DNA of 64,000 nucleotides from an uncultured Methanosarcinales archaeon (lineage in GTDB: Archaea; Nanobdellota; Nanobdellia; Woesearchaeales; UBA12501). The notes below the pieces were generated by a model. It did not search any database. It saw only the letters and a list, made by a program, of their open reading frames with translations, and was not told where the DNA came from. A program made the position numbers and the translations under genes. How positions within the stretch are numbered: the stretch's first letter is position 1; every line of letters starts with the position of its first letter. Positions 1-10,614 of the stretch are shown piece by piece. The stretch covers positions 12,367 through 76,366 of the forward strand of contig CAYNHV010000001.1 of assembly GCA_964397315.1 (NCBI GenBank), in the 5' to 3' direction.

Positions 1-137
1 AAGAGGATCTTATAGAGTTAAACAACAAAAAGAAAGACATAGTAAACAGAATAGAGAACATGCTGACGAAAAAAAACAGGCATGAGGTATTTGTCCTCAA
101 CCATATGATGTTCCTGGTCAAAACTTGCGAGGACTTT

Positions 138-2288
138 TCAACCTCCATGTTCATGCTCAATTACCACTGATTTAGTCTCACCCAATGCTTCCCTGAGACC
201 ATCATAATTGCCTTCTTCTTTCCAGTAGTGTTCAGGATGATGTTCCTTTATGAGGTCTATTGTGCGTGTGCTGTTCTCAACAAGAAGATGCCTTTTATCA
301 GACATTACAGGCCTTTCTGGGGAGCTCCACGCAGAGCAGAGACAGAGGGACCTGAAAATAACAGACTGGAGATATTTCAGGTGAAAATTGTTGAAATCAC
401 TTATTCTCTCATCCTCAGAGTACTTATTGTACGACTCCGCATATTGGGTGATAATCTCCTGTTTTTCCTTATCATCGAAATAGTCACCGTAATCTGTTAG
501 ATTTGCCAGATCAAACTGCATCGGAACAAGCCCCTTATTCTCCCAGTCAAGCGCTATGATCTTTCCCCCCTCTGTTACAATCCATTGCTCAGGGTGGCCG
601 TCCTTATTGAAGACAAAAGGCTCCTCTTTCAAGTATTCCAAAAGGGGGAGGAGGCTTTGGTTCATCATTTCTATTGTTCTCTCAGGCAGATGTAAATCAG
701 GGTTATAGACTTTTCTCTCCAGATAATCTTTCAGATTAACAGGTTCCAGGCCTTCTGAGGGCATCCTCGCGTGTATAAGGGCAAGAAAGTCTGCTGTTTT
801 TAGAAACATATCCTTTTTTCCTGTTAATTCGTAAAGAAGCTGTCCTTTTTCTCTCTTTAGAGTATACACATATGAATCTCCAAAAGGGAAAATGCTTCTG
901 GATTCGGGGACCCTATAATCCTCAAAAGGTTCTGACAGCGCTCTTCCATTGTTTGTCAGTCTCGTCTCTTCTTCAAGAGATTTTCTGTCCCCTCTCTTGA
1001 AGAGAAACATGTTCCTGAAAAATTCCCTTGGTTCATACTCAAGAATTTCGTTGGCAGACTCTCCTTTCTTTTTGAATTTTTTCTGTAATTCAGTGTCAGA
1101 GAGCAGTAGATCCAAAGTTTTTTTCCATTCCTGAGCAGATTTCTCTTTATCCCCTGACTCTTCTAGCATCAAAGCATAGATTGCCTTTGAATCTAAGTTT
1201 TCAGGAAATTTTTCTGAGATTCTCCCCTTGATTCTTTCAACATAGGAGTAATCACCAACCATATAAGAGAAAACAAGCATATTAAGATGATTCTCTAAGT
1301 TATCCGGATTCCTTCTTAGTTTTCTCTTGAATCTAAAATACGAAAAAGCGTAATAATTCGGAGAAAAAAGCGAAGACTCTCTCATAAGCTGTATTAATTT
1401 AGGAGTTTCTTCCCTACTAATTCCGCTGTTTATATTTACCAGTGCTTGGTCCAAATAGCCTTCTTTTATATAATCTGTAGCTAAATCAAAAAAAGCTATT
1501 CTACAGGGAACACATTCAACGGCTTTCTCTAGTTCTTTTAGTGATCCATAACTAGATGTTTTTAACTTGAGTATTTTGCTTTTAGCGGAGTGATAAAGAA
1601 ATTTTTTAGAATCCTCTTTTGAAAGAGTATCTAATAAAGAAGTCGCATAATAAGAAAGACCATATATTCCAGCAGTTATTGATGAAGTCATAAGCAGAAC
1701 AGAATAATACATTTCGTTAATGAATGTCTTTAATTCTTCTTTTGAATCAAATATAGTTCTGATTTTGTCAGGATAATCGCTCCAACTAAAATAAGCATTA
1801 TTCAGGTGGGCATTCATTTCTACAATATCTGCACTAACTGCTGACATCACAGGAATATTTAAAGATAGATAGATAGCAGTTGGGATTAAAGCAGTCAGGA
1901 ATGGCCTCTCAAGAAACCAGTTTATGAATCCCTTGTTTTGTTTATCTTTTCCTTCATTTTTATCCTTGCCTACAAGTTTAACAACTTTCTTTCCAAGAGC
2001 GGATCTTAAGATATTATGAGAGAACCAACCAGTCACCGAAGATGTGACTATATTAAGAATTGAATAGAAAGTACTAATAGAGAAATAGATGTCGGGATTC
2101 GCCTCAAAAGTCTTAAGTACCGCTTTCATACCTTCTCCATAATCTGAGGCTAATTCATGGACAAATAAAGCAGAAGCTGCGCCGCCCACTATTGGTATAA
2201 GGTCAACAATCTCTTCCAGATAAAATTTGGCTTTTTCCTTAGTCTTGTGTTTGGATTCTTCCCTTAATACTGATTCAAGCCCACCCAT
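138..2288 (-). CDS. membrane-anchored kinase-like protein: N-terminal ~4 TM helices, C-terminal choline/aminoglycoside phosphotransferase (ChoK/APH)-like domain
   Basis: 716-aa ORF. The first ~330 aa contain hydrophobic TM-like segments. The C-terminal 'IIALDWENKGLVPMQFDLANL' resembles the (I/V)D(W/F)E(Y/N)xxxxxxxFDLA motif of ChoK/APH kinases, and 'KDGHPEQWIV' sits in the Brenner-motif position. Confidence 0.5.
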   Translation of the reverse strand: MGGLESVLREESKHKTKEKAKFYLEEIVDLIPIVGGAASALFVHELASDYGEGMKAVLKTFEANPDIYFSISTFYSILNIVTSSVTGWFSHNILRSALGKKVVKLVGKDKNEGKDKQNKGFINWFLERPFLTALIPTAIYLSLNIPVMSAVSADIVEMNAHLNNAYFSWSDYPDKIRTIFDSKEELKTFINEMYYSVLLMTSSITAGIYGLSYYATSLLDTLSKEDSKKFLYHSAKSKILKLKTSSYGSLKELEKAVECVPCRIAFFDLATDYIKEGYLDQALVNINSGISREETPKLIQLMRESSLFSPNYYAFSYFRFKRKLRRNPDNLENHLNMLVFSYMVGDYSYVERIKGRISEKFPENLDSKAIYALMLEESGDKEKSAQEWKKTLDLLLSDTELQKKFKKKGESANEILEYEPREFFRNMFLFKRGDRKSLEEETRLTNNGRALSEPFEDYRVPESRSIFPFGDSYVYTLKREKGQLLYELTGKKDMFLKTADFLALIHARMPSEGLEPVNLKDYLERKVYNPDLHLPERTIEMMNQSLLPLLEYLKEEPFVFNKDGHPEQWIVTEGGKIIALDWENKGLVPMQFDLANLTDYGDYFDDKEKQEIITQYAESYNKYSEDERISDFNNFHLKYLQSVIFRSLCLCSAWSSPERPVMSDKRHLLVENSTRTIDLIKEHHPEHYWKEEGNYDGLREALGETKSVVIEHEHGG

Positions 2289-2360
2289 AACACCCAGAAA
2301 TCCAGAAATCCTATTTAAACCTTGCCTTGTCCCTGTTTTGTGGCTAAATCATGGCTGTTC

Positions 2361-3323
2361 TCAGGCCTTCTCAGCCATTCCTGCTGTATCAGGCTTGTTT
2401 CCCATGAACCATTCAGAGGTCTTTCTTATCCCCTCTTCTATGCTCACCTCAGGCTTCCATCCAAGCTCCTTTTCTGCCCTGCTGCATTCCAGGCTTATCC
2501 TGCTCACCTCTCCTGCCACAGCAGGAGTGCTCACTGCTTCAATGTCTGTTCCTGAAGCTTTCTTCAGCATGGAGTATATCTGGTTGACTGATGTCTCCTT
2601 TCCTGTGCCTATGTTGAATATCCTGCTCTTGGTGCTCTTCTCAAGGGCAAGAAGGTTTGCTTTTGCAACATCGCTCACGTAAACGTAATCCCTTGTCTGC
2701 TCTCCGTCCCCGAATATCTGCGGCTTTTCCCTGTTGATTATCTTGTTGAGGAATATGGCAACAACACCTGCCTCTCCGAAGGGGTCCTGTCTCGGGCCGT
2801 AGACATTAGCATATCTCAGTATGTTGAAGTCAATTCCATACATGTGCGAGTAGAGGAACACGTAATGCTCTGCGCAGTGTTTTGACACGCCGTAATGCGA
2901 GATCGGCATTATAGGATGGCCCTCAGAGCATGGTATCTTCTCTGGCTCCCCATAGCACGCCCCTCCTGAGCTGGCGTAAACAAACTTCTTCACCTTGTAG
3001 TCCCTGCAAAGCTCAAGAAGCTCTAGGGTCCCCACAATGTTTGATAAAGCGTCAAAGACAGGCTCTGCAACTGACTTCCTCACATTTACCTGTGCTGCCT
3101 GATGCACTACAAAGTCAGGTTTCTCTTTCTCAAAAACTTTCTCAAGGAATGGCGTGTTCTTTATGTCAACCTCGTAGAATCTTGCTTTTGGGTTTATGTT
3201 CTTCCTGTTCCCTGTGGAAAGGTCATCCACAAGAGCAACATCATAACCATTGTTAATCAGGATATCAGCAACATGGCTGCCTATGAATCCTGCCCCTCCT
3301 GTAACCATGACCCTGCCTTTCAT
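2361..3323 (-). CDS. NAD-dependent epimerase/dehydratase (UDP-glucose/UDP-glucuronate 4-epimerase-like)
   Basis: N-terminal Rossmann motif 'VMVTGGAGFIGSH', a YxxxK region and a C-terminal sugar-nucleotide-binding region. 320 aa. Confidence 0.85.
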   Translation of the reverse strand: MKGRVMVTGGAGFIGSHVADILINNGYDVALVDDLSTGNRKNINPKARFYEVDIKNTPFLEKVFEKEKPDFVVHQAAQVNVRKSVAEPVFDALSNIVGTLELLELCRDYKVKKFVYASSGGACYGEPEKIPCSEGHPIMPISHYGVSKHCAEHYVFLYSHMYGIDFNILRYANVYGPRQDPFGEAGVVAIFLNKIINREKPQIFGDGEQTRDYVYVSDVAKANLLALEKSTKSRIFNIGTGKETSVNQIYSMLKKASGTDIEAVSTPAVAGEVSRISLECSRAEKELGWKPEVSIEEGIRKTSEWFMGNKPDTAGMAEKA

Positions 3324-4111
3324 TTTTTCCTCCGAAAAACGCTGTCAGCCTCCTTAATGTCCTCTGCCTGGCCCATGTCAAACCTGATGCTCTCCTCTTT
3401 CCTGAGAGCGTGGATGTGAATCCTGCTGTACAGCCTCATTATCAGGCTTCCCAGATGCTCCTCTGCATGCTCAAATCTCATCTCCTTTATTAATCTTATT
3501 GTGTCTGCTGTGAACAGGTAGACAGCAGGGCAAATCCATTCTGACGAGGGCTCTGAAGGCTTCTCCTCAAAGCTCACAAGAAGGCTGTTCTCATCCGTGC
3601 TGAGGCAGGCGCTCTTCCTTATCCTCTCCCTGTCCAGCTCCTTACAGGCAGCCACAACACTTGTCTGCTTTTCCCTGAAGAAATCAACAAGCTCCCTCAA
3701 CTCAATCCTCAGGAGGTTGTCGCCTGCGATAACTATTGTGTCATCCTCAACATCCAATTCCTCAAGCCCCAGAACAAGATCTCTTACTGCTCCCAGCCTC
3801 TCTTGGTTGCTGTTGGTCCTGTCATTCACGAGCCTTATTGAAATCCCTCCATCCCTGTTGTCCTTCCATTTCTCAAACTTTCTGAAGTTACTGTTGTTGA
3901 CAACCAGGACTGCCTCAATTATCCCCGCCCTCTCAAGGTTCTCCATGATGTAATCAATTGCAGGCTTTCCTGCAACAAGAATAAGGGGCTTAGGCCTTCC
4001 CTCAACAGAATCCTTCAGCCTGCTGTAGCCGGCAGGATTCTCTGATCTCAGGGATTCCAGCTCTTGTTTCAATCTTGTGCCGTAGCCTGCCGCAAGTATC
4101 AGGGCTTTCAT
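3320..4111 (-). CDS. sugar-1-phosphate nucleotidyltransferase (glucose-1-phosphate thymidylyl/uridylyltransferase family)
   Basis: 'MKALILAAGYGTRL' pyrophosphorylase signature; 263 aa; 4-nt overlap with the downstream epimerase. Confidence 0.8.
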   Translation of the reverse strand: MKALILAAGYGTRLKQELESLRSENPAGYSRLKDSVEGRPKPLILVAGKPAIDYIMENLERAGIIEAVLVVNNSNFRKFEKWKDNRDGGISIRLVNDRTNSNQERLGAVRDLVLGLEELDVEDDTIVIAGDNLLRIELRELVDFFREKQTSVVAACKELDRERIRKSACLSTDENSLLVSFEEKPSEPSSEWICPAVYLFTADTIRLIKEMRFEHAEEHLGSLIMRLYSRIHIHALRKEESIRFDMGQAEDIKEADSVFRRKK

Positions 4112-5410
4112 TTACCTCCCAACCCCGAAGTAGGTGAAGCCGAGCTGCTTCATCTCCCCCCTGTTGTAGATGTTCCTGCCGTCAAAAATGACAGGCTTGC
4201 TCATGAGCTCTTTCATCTTCTGCCTGTCAAGATTCCTGAACTCGTCCCATTCTGTTGCTATAACAAGCGCGTCAGCTCCTTTCAAAGCCTCATAGGGTGT
4301 TTTTGCATAGGCCACATCCTTCAGTATGCTCTTTGCTGTGTGCTCTGCCTCGGGGTCAAACGCAGTTATATCCACACCTTCCTTCTGGAGCTCCCTTATT
4401 ATTGTCACTGATGGCGCATCCCTCATGTCGTCTGTTTTCGGCTTAAAAGCAAGCCCCCACACAGCTATCTTTTTTCCCTTTAAAGGTTTCAGCTCCTCCT
4501 TTATTTTGGGCACAAGCCACATCTTCTGCGCCTCATTCACCTCATCCACTGCCTTCATGATCTTCATCTCAACCCCCATCTTCTCTCCTGTTGAGATAAT
4601 GCCTTTCACGTCTTTTGGAAAGCAGCTTCCGCCGTATCCTATGCCTGCCTGGAGGAATCTGGAGCCTATCCTGGTGTCAAGGCCTATGCCCTTTGCTATC
4701 ATCTTGACATCCGCCCCTGTTTTTTCGCAGAGCCTCGCTATCTCGTTCATGAAGGATATTCTTGCTGCAAGCATGGCATTGCTCGCGTATTTTATCAGCT
4801 CTGCGCTTTTTATGTCAGTGAACAGTATGGGCCTGCCTGTCCTTTCTATTCCAGAGTATATCTTCTGCATCACCTCTTTTGCCTTTTCGCTCTCAGCCCC
4901 TATCACTATCCTGTCAGGGTTCGTGAAGTCCTTTATCGCGCTGCCCTCTCTCATGAATTCAGGATTGGACACCACATCAAAATCATGCTTTTCCTTTTGA
5001 TTCTCTGAGATTATCCTTTTCACCCGCTCTCCTGTCCCCACAGGGACCGTGCTCTTGTCAACAATCACCTTGTAGCTGTTCATGTGCTCTCCTACGTCTC
5101 TCGCAACAGCCTCAACATACTCCATGTTCACCGAACCGTCATCTGATGAGGGGGTTCCCACGGCTATGAATATGACTTCAGATTCCTGTATCGCCTTTTT
5201 CTTGTCTGTTGTGAATGACAGCCTGTTCTCCCTGAGGTTTCTTTTCACAATGTCCCCCAGGCCGGGCTCGTAGATTGGAATGTCTCCCTTGCTTAACCTG
5301 CTTATCTTCTCCTTGTCAATATCAAGGCATATCACCTCGCTTCCAAGGTCTGCCAGGCAGGCTCCTGTCACGCTTCCAACATATCCTGTCCCTATAATTG
5401 TTATTTTCAT
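4112..5410 (-). CDS. ugd: UDP-glucose/GDP-mannose 6-dehydrogenase family protein (UDP-glucose 6-dehydrogenase-like)
   Basis: 'MKITIIGTGYVGSVTGACLADLG' NAD-binding start, 'GGSCFPKD' catalytic Cys motif, 432 aa. Confidence 0.85.
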   Translation of the reverse strand: MKITIIGTGYVGSVTGACLADLGSEVICLDIDKEKISRLSKGDIPIYEPGLGDIVKRNLRENRLSFTTDKKKAIQESEVIFIAVGTPSSDDGSVNMEYVEAVARDVGEHMNSYKVIVDKSTVPVGTGERVKRIISENQKEKHDFDVVSNPEFMREGSAIKDFTNPDRIVIGAESEKAKEVMQKIYSGIERTGRPILFTDIKSAELIKYASNAMLAARISFMNEIARLCEKTGADVKMIAKGIGLDTRIGSRFLQAGIGYGGSCFPKDVKGIISTGEKMGVEMKIMKAVDEVNEAQKMWLVPKIKEELKPLKGKKIAVWGLAFKPKTDDMRDAPSVTIIRELQKEGVDITAFDPEAEHTAKSILKDVAYAKTPYEALKGADALVIATEWDEFRNLDRQKMKELMSKPVIFDGRNIYNRGEMKQLGFTYFGVGR

Positions 5411-6771
5411 CTTAATCCCCCTATGAGCTTTTCCATCCTCTCCCTTGCCCTTTTCAGGCCGTCTTCTGTGTCAGCTTCCATGTTGAGCCTGAGGAGGGGC
5501 TCGGTGTTTGACTTTCTTAGGTTGAACCACCACCCCTTGAATTCCATGGTCAGCCCGTCAACATGCATTATGTTGACAGCCTCCTGCTTAAGGCTTTCCT
5601 CAACCCCCCTTATGACCTTGTCCTTGTCCTCTATCCTGAAGTTTATCTCCTCTGAGCTGTAATACTTCTCAAAGGGCTTCAGCGCCTCTGAAAGCCCGCA
5701 TCCCTTCTTTGACAGGACATTCAAGACCTTGACCATTGTTATCATGGCTGAGTCAGCATACCAGAAGTCCCTGTAGAAGCAGTGTCCGCTCTTCTCTCCG
5801 CCGAAGAGTATGTCATCCTTTCTCATCTTTTCTTTTATCAGGGCGTGGCCTGCCTTCCACAGCACAGGAATGCCTCCCTTCTCTTTTATCGTGTCCCTCA
5901 CCGCCCAGGTGCTTCTCACCTCGTAGAGTATCTTCTCTCCGGGATTCTTCTCAAGAAATTCCTCAGCCAGGAGGGCTGTTATGAGGTCGCTTGGAACAAG
6001 CCTTCCGTTTTCGTCAACAAAGCCTATCCTGTCAGCGTCACCGTCAAATGCTATTCCCATGTCAGCTTTTCCCCCCCTAACCCTTGATTTCAGCTCCTCT
6101 GTTGTTTCCTCTTTTGAGGGGTTTGCCTCGTGATTCGGGAATGAGCAGTCAACCTCAAAGCAGAGCTTCTCTGCCTCAATGGGAAGGGCTTCCTCTATTT
6201 TAGGAAACACGACAGGGGACATGCCGTTTCCTGCGTCAACCACAAGCCTTAACTTCCTGCTTCTTTTAATCTCTTCTGCAAAAGAGAGCACTTTTTTTGC
6301 GTAATCATCAAGGGGCTTTTTTCCGCTCACACCCCCCTTCCTGGAAGGCTCCTCAAAATTGTTCTCAACAGCAAGCTTCTTTATCTCTTCCATGCCTGTC
6401 TCTCCCCCTATTGGAATTGCCTTTTCCCTGCAGAGCTTCAGGCCGTTATAATCTTTTGGATTGTGGGATGCTGTTATCATGATTCCTGAATCATGGCCGT
6501 AGTTTGCAATAGAGAAGTAAAACATGGGTGTTGTTGAGAGGCCTATGTCAATGACATCAGCTCCCTGGTCTGTTATTCCCTTAACAAGAGACTCATGGAT
6601 TACAGGAGAGCTCTGCCTTGCATCCCTTCCAACAACAACATTGCTGCAGCCCCTAAAAGAGACAAAAGCCCTGCCTATCCTGTAGGCTGCCTCTTCATTG
6701 ATCTGCCCGGGATATACGCCCCTGATGTCATAGGCCTTGAATATTGACTCGTCAATCCTTGTGCCGCCCAT
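5407..6771 (-). CDS. phosphoglucomutase/phosphomannomutase family protein (archaeal GlmM/PMM-like)
   Basis: Active-site 'TASHNPKDYNGLK' phosphoserine loop; four-domain length of 454 aa. Confidence 0.85.
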   Translation of the reverse strand: MGGTRIDESIFKAYDIRGVYPGQINEEAAYRIGRAFVSFRGCSNVVVGRDARQSSPVIHESLVKGITDQGADVIDIGLSTTPMFYFSIANYGHDSGIMITASHNPKDYNGLKLCREKAIPIGGETGMEEIKKLAVENNFEEPSRKGGVSGKKPLDDYAKKVLSFAEEIKRSRKLRLVVDAGNGMSPVVFPKIEEALPIEAEKLCFEVDCSFPNHEANPSKEETTEELKSRVRGGKADMGIAFDGDADRIGFVDENGRLVPSDLITALLAEEFLEKNPGEKILYEVRSTWAVRDTIKEKGGIPVLWKAGHALIKEKMRKDDILFGGEKSGHCFYRDFWYADSAMITMVKVLNVLSKKGCGLSEALKPFEKYYSSEEINFRIEDKDKVIRGVEESLKQEAVNIMHVDGLTMEFKGWWFNLRKSNTEPLLRLNMEADTEDGLKRARERMEKLIGGLR

Positions 6772-7066
6772 ATCTCAATAGGCAACTCAGGCTAGTTTAA
6801 AAATATTGCGCAGAAGGGCGGAGAACTTGCAATCACCTGCAAGAGCTTTTCAGATCGCGCTTCAGAGTGCTCTTTTGCATGGCCTGAAAGCCTCTGTGAA
6901 GCTTCTGAGCCCCTTGCAGAACAGCAAAAGATTTATATATGAGCATTATCCAAATCAATACCTAAAATCAACGACCGTGATGCCAGAGAAAGTCTTTATA
7001 TTATGATTATAAAAGAGCAAAAAGGCGTGATTTGGAAGATTCGCAAAAACCCCGACAAAAGGCGTA

Positions 7067-10000
7067 ATGATGACCAAGATCAACAAACTTGTGATGGATG
7101 GCTTCAAGTCCTTTGCAAAGCGAACAGAGCTTGTTTTTGGAGATGAATTTAACTGCGTTCTGGGACCCAATGGCTCTGGAAAGTCAAACATACTTGACGC
7201 ACTGTGCTTTGTCCTGGGAAAGACCTCTGCAAAGGCCCTGAGGAGCGAAAAATCAGCTAACCTCATCTACAATGGGGGAAAGTCAAAGAAGCCCTCAAAG
7301 GCAGCTGAGGTTTCAATATACTTTGACAACTCAAAAGGGATATTCCCGACTGACGAGAAGGAGGTTAAAATAACCAGGATAGTGAGGAAGACAGGGCAGA
7401 GCATATACAGGATAAACAATGAGACACGGACAAGGCAGCAGATACTGGAGCTTCTTTCCCTTGCAAGGATAAACCCTGACGCCTATAACATAATCCTCCA
7501 GGGAGATATAGTGAGGTTTGTTGAGATGCCTCCTGAGGAGAGAAGGCAGCTTGTGGAGGAGATCTCGGGCATATCAGTCTATGAGGAGAAAAAGCAGAAG
7601 GCGGTCAATGAGCTGCAGAGGGTTGAGGAGAGGATAAAAGAAGCTGACATTGTCCTCAATGAGAGAAAAAACAGGCTTACCGAGCTGAAGAGGGAGAGGG
7701 ACCAGGCAATAAAGTACAAGGACATCAATGACCGGATAAAGAAAAGCAAGGCATCCCTCATCTACAAGAGGCTGCAGAACAAAAAGAAGGAAAAGGAGGA
7801 GTTTGACTCCAAGACAGAGAGACAGAAGGGCCTTCTTGATGACAAGCAGAAGCAGATAGACGCTATAAAGAATGAGATAAAAGAAAAGAAGTCAAGAATA
7901 GACGAGATAAACAAGGAGATAGAGGCGAAAGGCGAGAAGGATCAGGTGGAGCTCAACAAGGAGATAGAGAAGCTTAAGGTTGACATAGCATCATCAAAGA
8001 ACAGGGTTGAATCCCTGAAAACAGAGATAAACAAGATAAAGCAGAGGAAAAAACAGCTTAATGATAATCTGGAGGAAAAAAAATCCAAGATAAAGAAGCT
8101 TGAGGAGGAGAAAGAGGACATGAAAAAGCAGGTGTCCAACAGGGAAAAAGAGATAGGGCAGATAGACAAGAAAATGAGCGAGTTCAGGAAGAAGAACAAG
8201 CTTGATGATGTTGAGGGGCTGGAAAAGGACATTGACAGGATAGACAGGGAAGCAGAGGAAAAGCAGAAGGAAATACAGAAGCTCAGGGAGGAGCAGCAGG
8301 AGCTTCTCAGGCAGAAGGACAAGATAGAGTTCAGGATTAACGCAATAGACGAGAAGATATCAAAGGTGCTTGAGGTTGAGAAGGAGAACAAGGAGAAGAT
8401 AGAAGAGCTAAAGTCAAAAAGGGACAGGTTCAAGAGCATCACGATGGGGCTTAACAAGGCTCTGGGAAAGAGCCCTGAGATAACCTCCCAGCTTGAGAAT
8501 GCGAGAAACTCCCAGCTGAAGCTTCAGGAGGAAATTTCAAAGCTCAATGCAAAGAACATGTCAATCAAGGAGAAGCTGAGAGAGAACAGCGCAGTGAGAA
8601 GGATACTTGAGCAGAAGAACAGCATTCCAGGAATACACGGCACTGTATCCGAGCTGGGAAAGGTGAACTCCAAATACTCCCTTGCCATGGAGATAGCGGC
8701 AGGGCCCAAAACAACCTCAGTTGTTGTAAAGGACGACAAGGTGGCAGGAAAATGCATAAAATACCTCAAGGACAACAAGCTTGGAATAGCCACTTTCATT
8801 CCCCTGAACAAGATAAAAGGTGTTGAAAAGAAGCCTGAGATAAAGAAGATGGCCTCATCAGAGGGGGTTCACGGCTTTGCGATAGACCTCATATCATTTG
8901 ACCCAAAGTTCAGGAATGTTTTCTCTTATGTCTTCAGCAACACCCTTGTTGTGGACTCAATAGATGCTGCAAGAAGGATAGGGGTTGGGAAGGCCAAGAT
9001 GGTCAGTGTTGACGGGGACCTTGCAGAGCTCAGCGGAGCCATGCAGGGAGGCTACAGGGCGAGGAAAGGCTCCGGCCTCGGGTTCGCGGAAAAGGATGTT
9101 GAGAAGGACATAAAGGAATGCGAAAAGAAGCTGGAGGATAATGAGAGCCTTGTTAATAGGCTGGAGAAGGACAAGAAAGAGAACGAGAATAACGTCGCAA
9201 AACTAAGAGAGGAGAAGGCCCATCTTGAGGGCGACATAATAAAGCTTGAAAAGCTGCTGAACCTGCAGTCTGGAGACACGGAAGACTCAAGGAAGGAGAG
9301 AAAAGAGCTTGAGAAGCAGGCAAAAGAGGTTGAGAAAAAGATTGAGGATGTGGCTTCAAGAATCACAGAGTGCAACAAGAGCCTTTCTGAGAACAAGACA
9401 AAGAGGCAGGAGATAAGGAACAGGATAAGCGAGCTCAGGAACCCCTCCCTCATAGCAGAGCTTAATGCTTTTGAGGAGAAGAGAAACCAGCTCAAGGAGG
9501 AGGTTGTGGCAAAGAAGGGTGAGGAAAAGAATATTGAGGCCCAGATACAGAATGTCTTCAGCCCTGAGCTGGAGAACACCCAAAAGATAATAAGGCAGAA
9601 CGAGAAAGAGGAAAAGGACTTTCAGGAGGAGATAAAGAGCCTTAACGAGAACATATCCTTGATGTCAGCTGACCTCAAGGAGAAGGAGGAAAAGCAGAGG
9701 AAGTTCCAGACAAAATTCAGGGACCTCTTCTCAGATAAGTCAAAGATAGACGAGAAAGTAAAGAAGCAGGAGCAGAATCTTGAGACCCTCTCAGAGCAGT
9801 ACAAGAGCATAGAGCAGAGGATTAACACAATAAATGTTGACTCAGCAAAGGTAAGGGCGGAGCTGCAGAGCCTTGAGGAGGAATTCAGGGACTATGAGGG
9901 GGTTGAGGTGATAAAGAACAAGTCAGAGCAGGAGCTGAGGAAGGAGATAGGCACCTGCGAGGGAGTGCTCACAAAGCTGGGCAATGTGAATATGAAGTCA

Positions 10001-10567
10001 CTTGAGATATTTGACCAGGTTGAGAATGAATATAATGATCTCACAAAGAAGAAGGAGAAGCTGCTGCTTGAGAAGGAGGATGTTCTTGTGATGATGAACG
10101 AGATAGAGTTAAAGAAGAAGGACATGTTCATGAAGACGTTCAATGTGGTGAACGACAACTTCAAGAGCATATTCTCCGCCCTTTCCAGCAAGGGAGAGGC
10201 ATCCCTTGTGCTTGAAAATGAGGAGATGCTATTTGATGGCGGGATCCTGATAAAGGTCAGGATAACAGGCAACAAGTTCCTGGACATAAGAAGCCTTTCA
10301 GGAGGGGAGAAGTCTATGACAGCACTGGCATTCATATTCTCAATACAGGAGCACGAGCCAGCCTCATTCTATGTTCTTGACGAGGTGGATGCCGCGCTTG
10401 ACAAGAAAAACTCAGAGAAGCTGTCCCAGCTGGTCAAGAAATACTCAGAGAATGCCCAGTACATCATGATAAGCCACAATGACGGAGTCATAAACGAGGC
10501 CAGCATACTTTACGGCGTGAGCATGGACGAGCACGGCAAGAGCAACGTGGTCAGCCTTAAGGTGTGA
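7067..10567 (+). CDS. smc: chromosome segregation protein SMC
   Basis: Walker A 'GPNGSGKSN' at the N-terminus, long coiled-coil K/E-rich arms, a hinge, and a C-terminal 'LSGGEKSMTALAFIFSIQ...VLDEVDAALD' signature/Walker B. 1166 aa. Confidence 0.9.
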   Translation: MMTKINKLVMDGFKSFAKRTELVFGDEFNCVLGPNGSGKSNILDALCFVLGKTSAKALRSEKSANLIYNGGKSKKPSKAAEVSIYFDNSKGIFPTDEKEVKITRIVRKTGQSIYRINNETRTRQQILELLSLARINPDAYNIILQGDIVRFVEMPPEERRQLVEEISGISVYEEKKQKAVNELQRVEERIKEADIVLNERKNRLTELKRERDQAIKYKDINDRIKKSKASLIYKRLQNKKKEKEEFDSKTERQKGLLDDKQKQIDAIKNEIKEKKSRIDEINKEIEAKGEKDQVELNKEIEKLKVDIASSKNRVESLKTEINKIKQRKKQLNDNLEEKKSKIKKLEEEKEDMKKQVSNREKEIGQIDKKMSEFRKKNKLDDVEGLEKDIDRIDREAEEKQKEIQKLREEQQELLRQKDKIEFRINAIDEKISKVLEVEKENKEKIEELKSKRDRFKSITMGLNKALGKSPEITSQLENARNSQLKLQEEISKLNAKNMSIKEKLRENSAVRRILEQKNSIPGIHGTVSELGKVNSKYSLAMEIAAGPKTTSVVVKDDKVAGKCIKYLKDNKLGIATFIPLNKIKGVEKKPEIKKMASSEGVHGFAIDLISFDPKFRNVFSYVFSNTLVVDSIDAARRIGVGKAKMVSVDGDLAELSGAMQGGYRARKGSGLGFAEKDVEKDIKECEKKLEDNESLVNRLEKDKKENENNVAKLREEKAHLEGDIIKLEKLLNLQSGDTEDSRKERKELEKQAKEVEKKIEDVASRITECNKSLSENKTKRQEIRNRISELRNPSLIAELNAFEEKRNQLKEEVVAKKGEEKNIEAQIQNVFSPELENTQKIIRQNEKEEKDFQEEIKSLNENISLMSADLKEKEEKQRKFQTKFRDLFSDKSKIDEKVKKQEQNLETLSEQYKSIEQRINTINVDSAKVRAELQSLEEEFRDYEGVEVIKNKSEQELRKEIGTCEGVLTKLGNVNMKSLEIFDQVENEYNDLTKKKEKLLLEKEDVLVMMNEIELKKKDMFMKTFNVVNDNFKSIFSALSSKGEASLVLENEEMLFDGGILIKVRITGNKFLDIRSLSGGEKSMTALAFIFSIQEHEPASFYVLDEVDAALDKKNSEKLSQLVKKYSENAQYIMISHNDGVINEASILYGVSMDEHGKSNVVSLKV

Positions 10568-10614
10568 ATTCTTGAGAGTGTTTTAGTGATTGAATAAAGG
10601 GATTGAGGAAGAAC

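Noticed and set aside
6772-7066. Divergent promoter region between pgm and smc (TTTAAAAATATT at ~6797; TTATAAAAG at ~7006)
   Set aside because: The AT-rich TATA-like boxes are plausible, but spacing to the start codons cannot be validated without TSS data, so they were not listed as features.
7579-10335. Several antisense ORFs inside smc (e.g. 7942..8457, 9052..9579, 9892..10335)
   Set aside because: These are Ser/Leu/Phe-rich low-complexity translations of the antisense strand of the K/E-rich coiled-coil coding sequence, which is a typical artefact.
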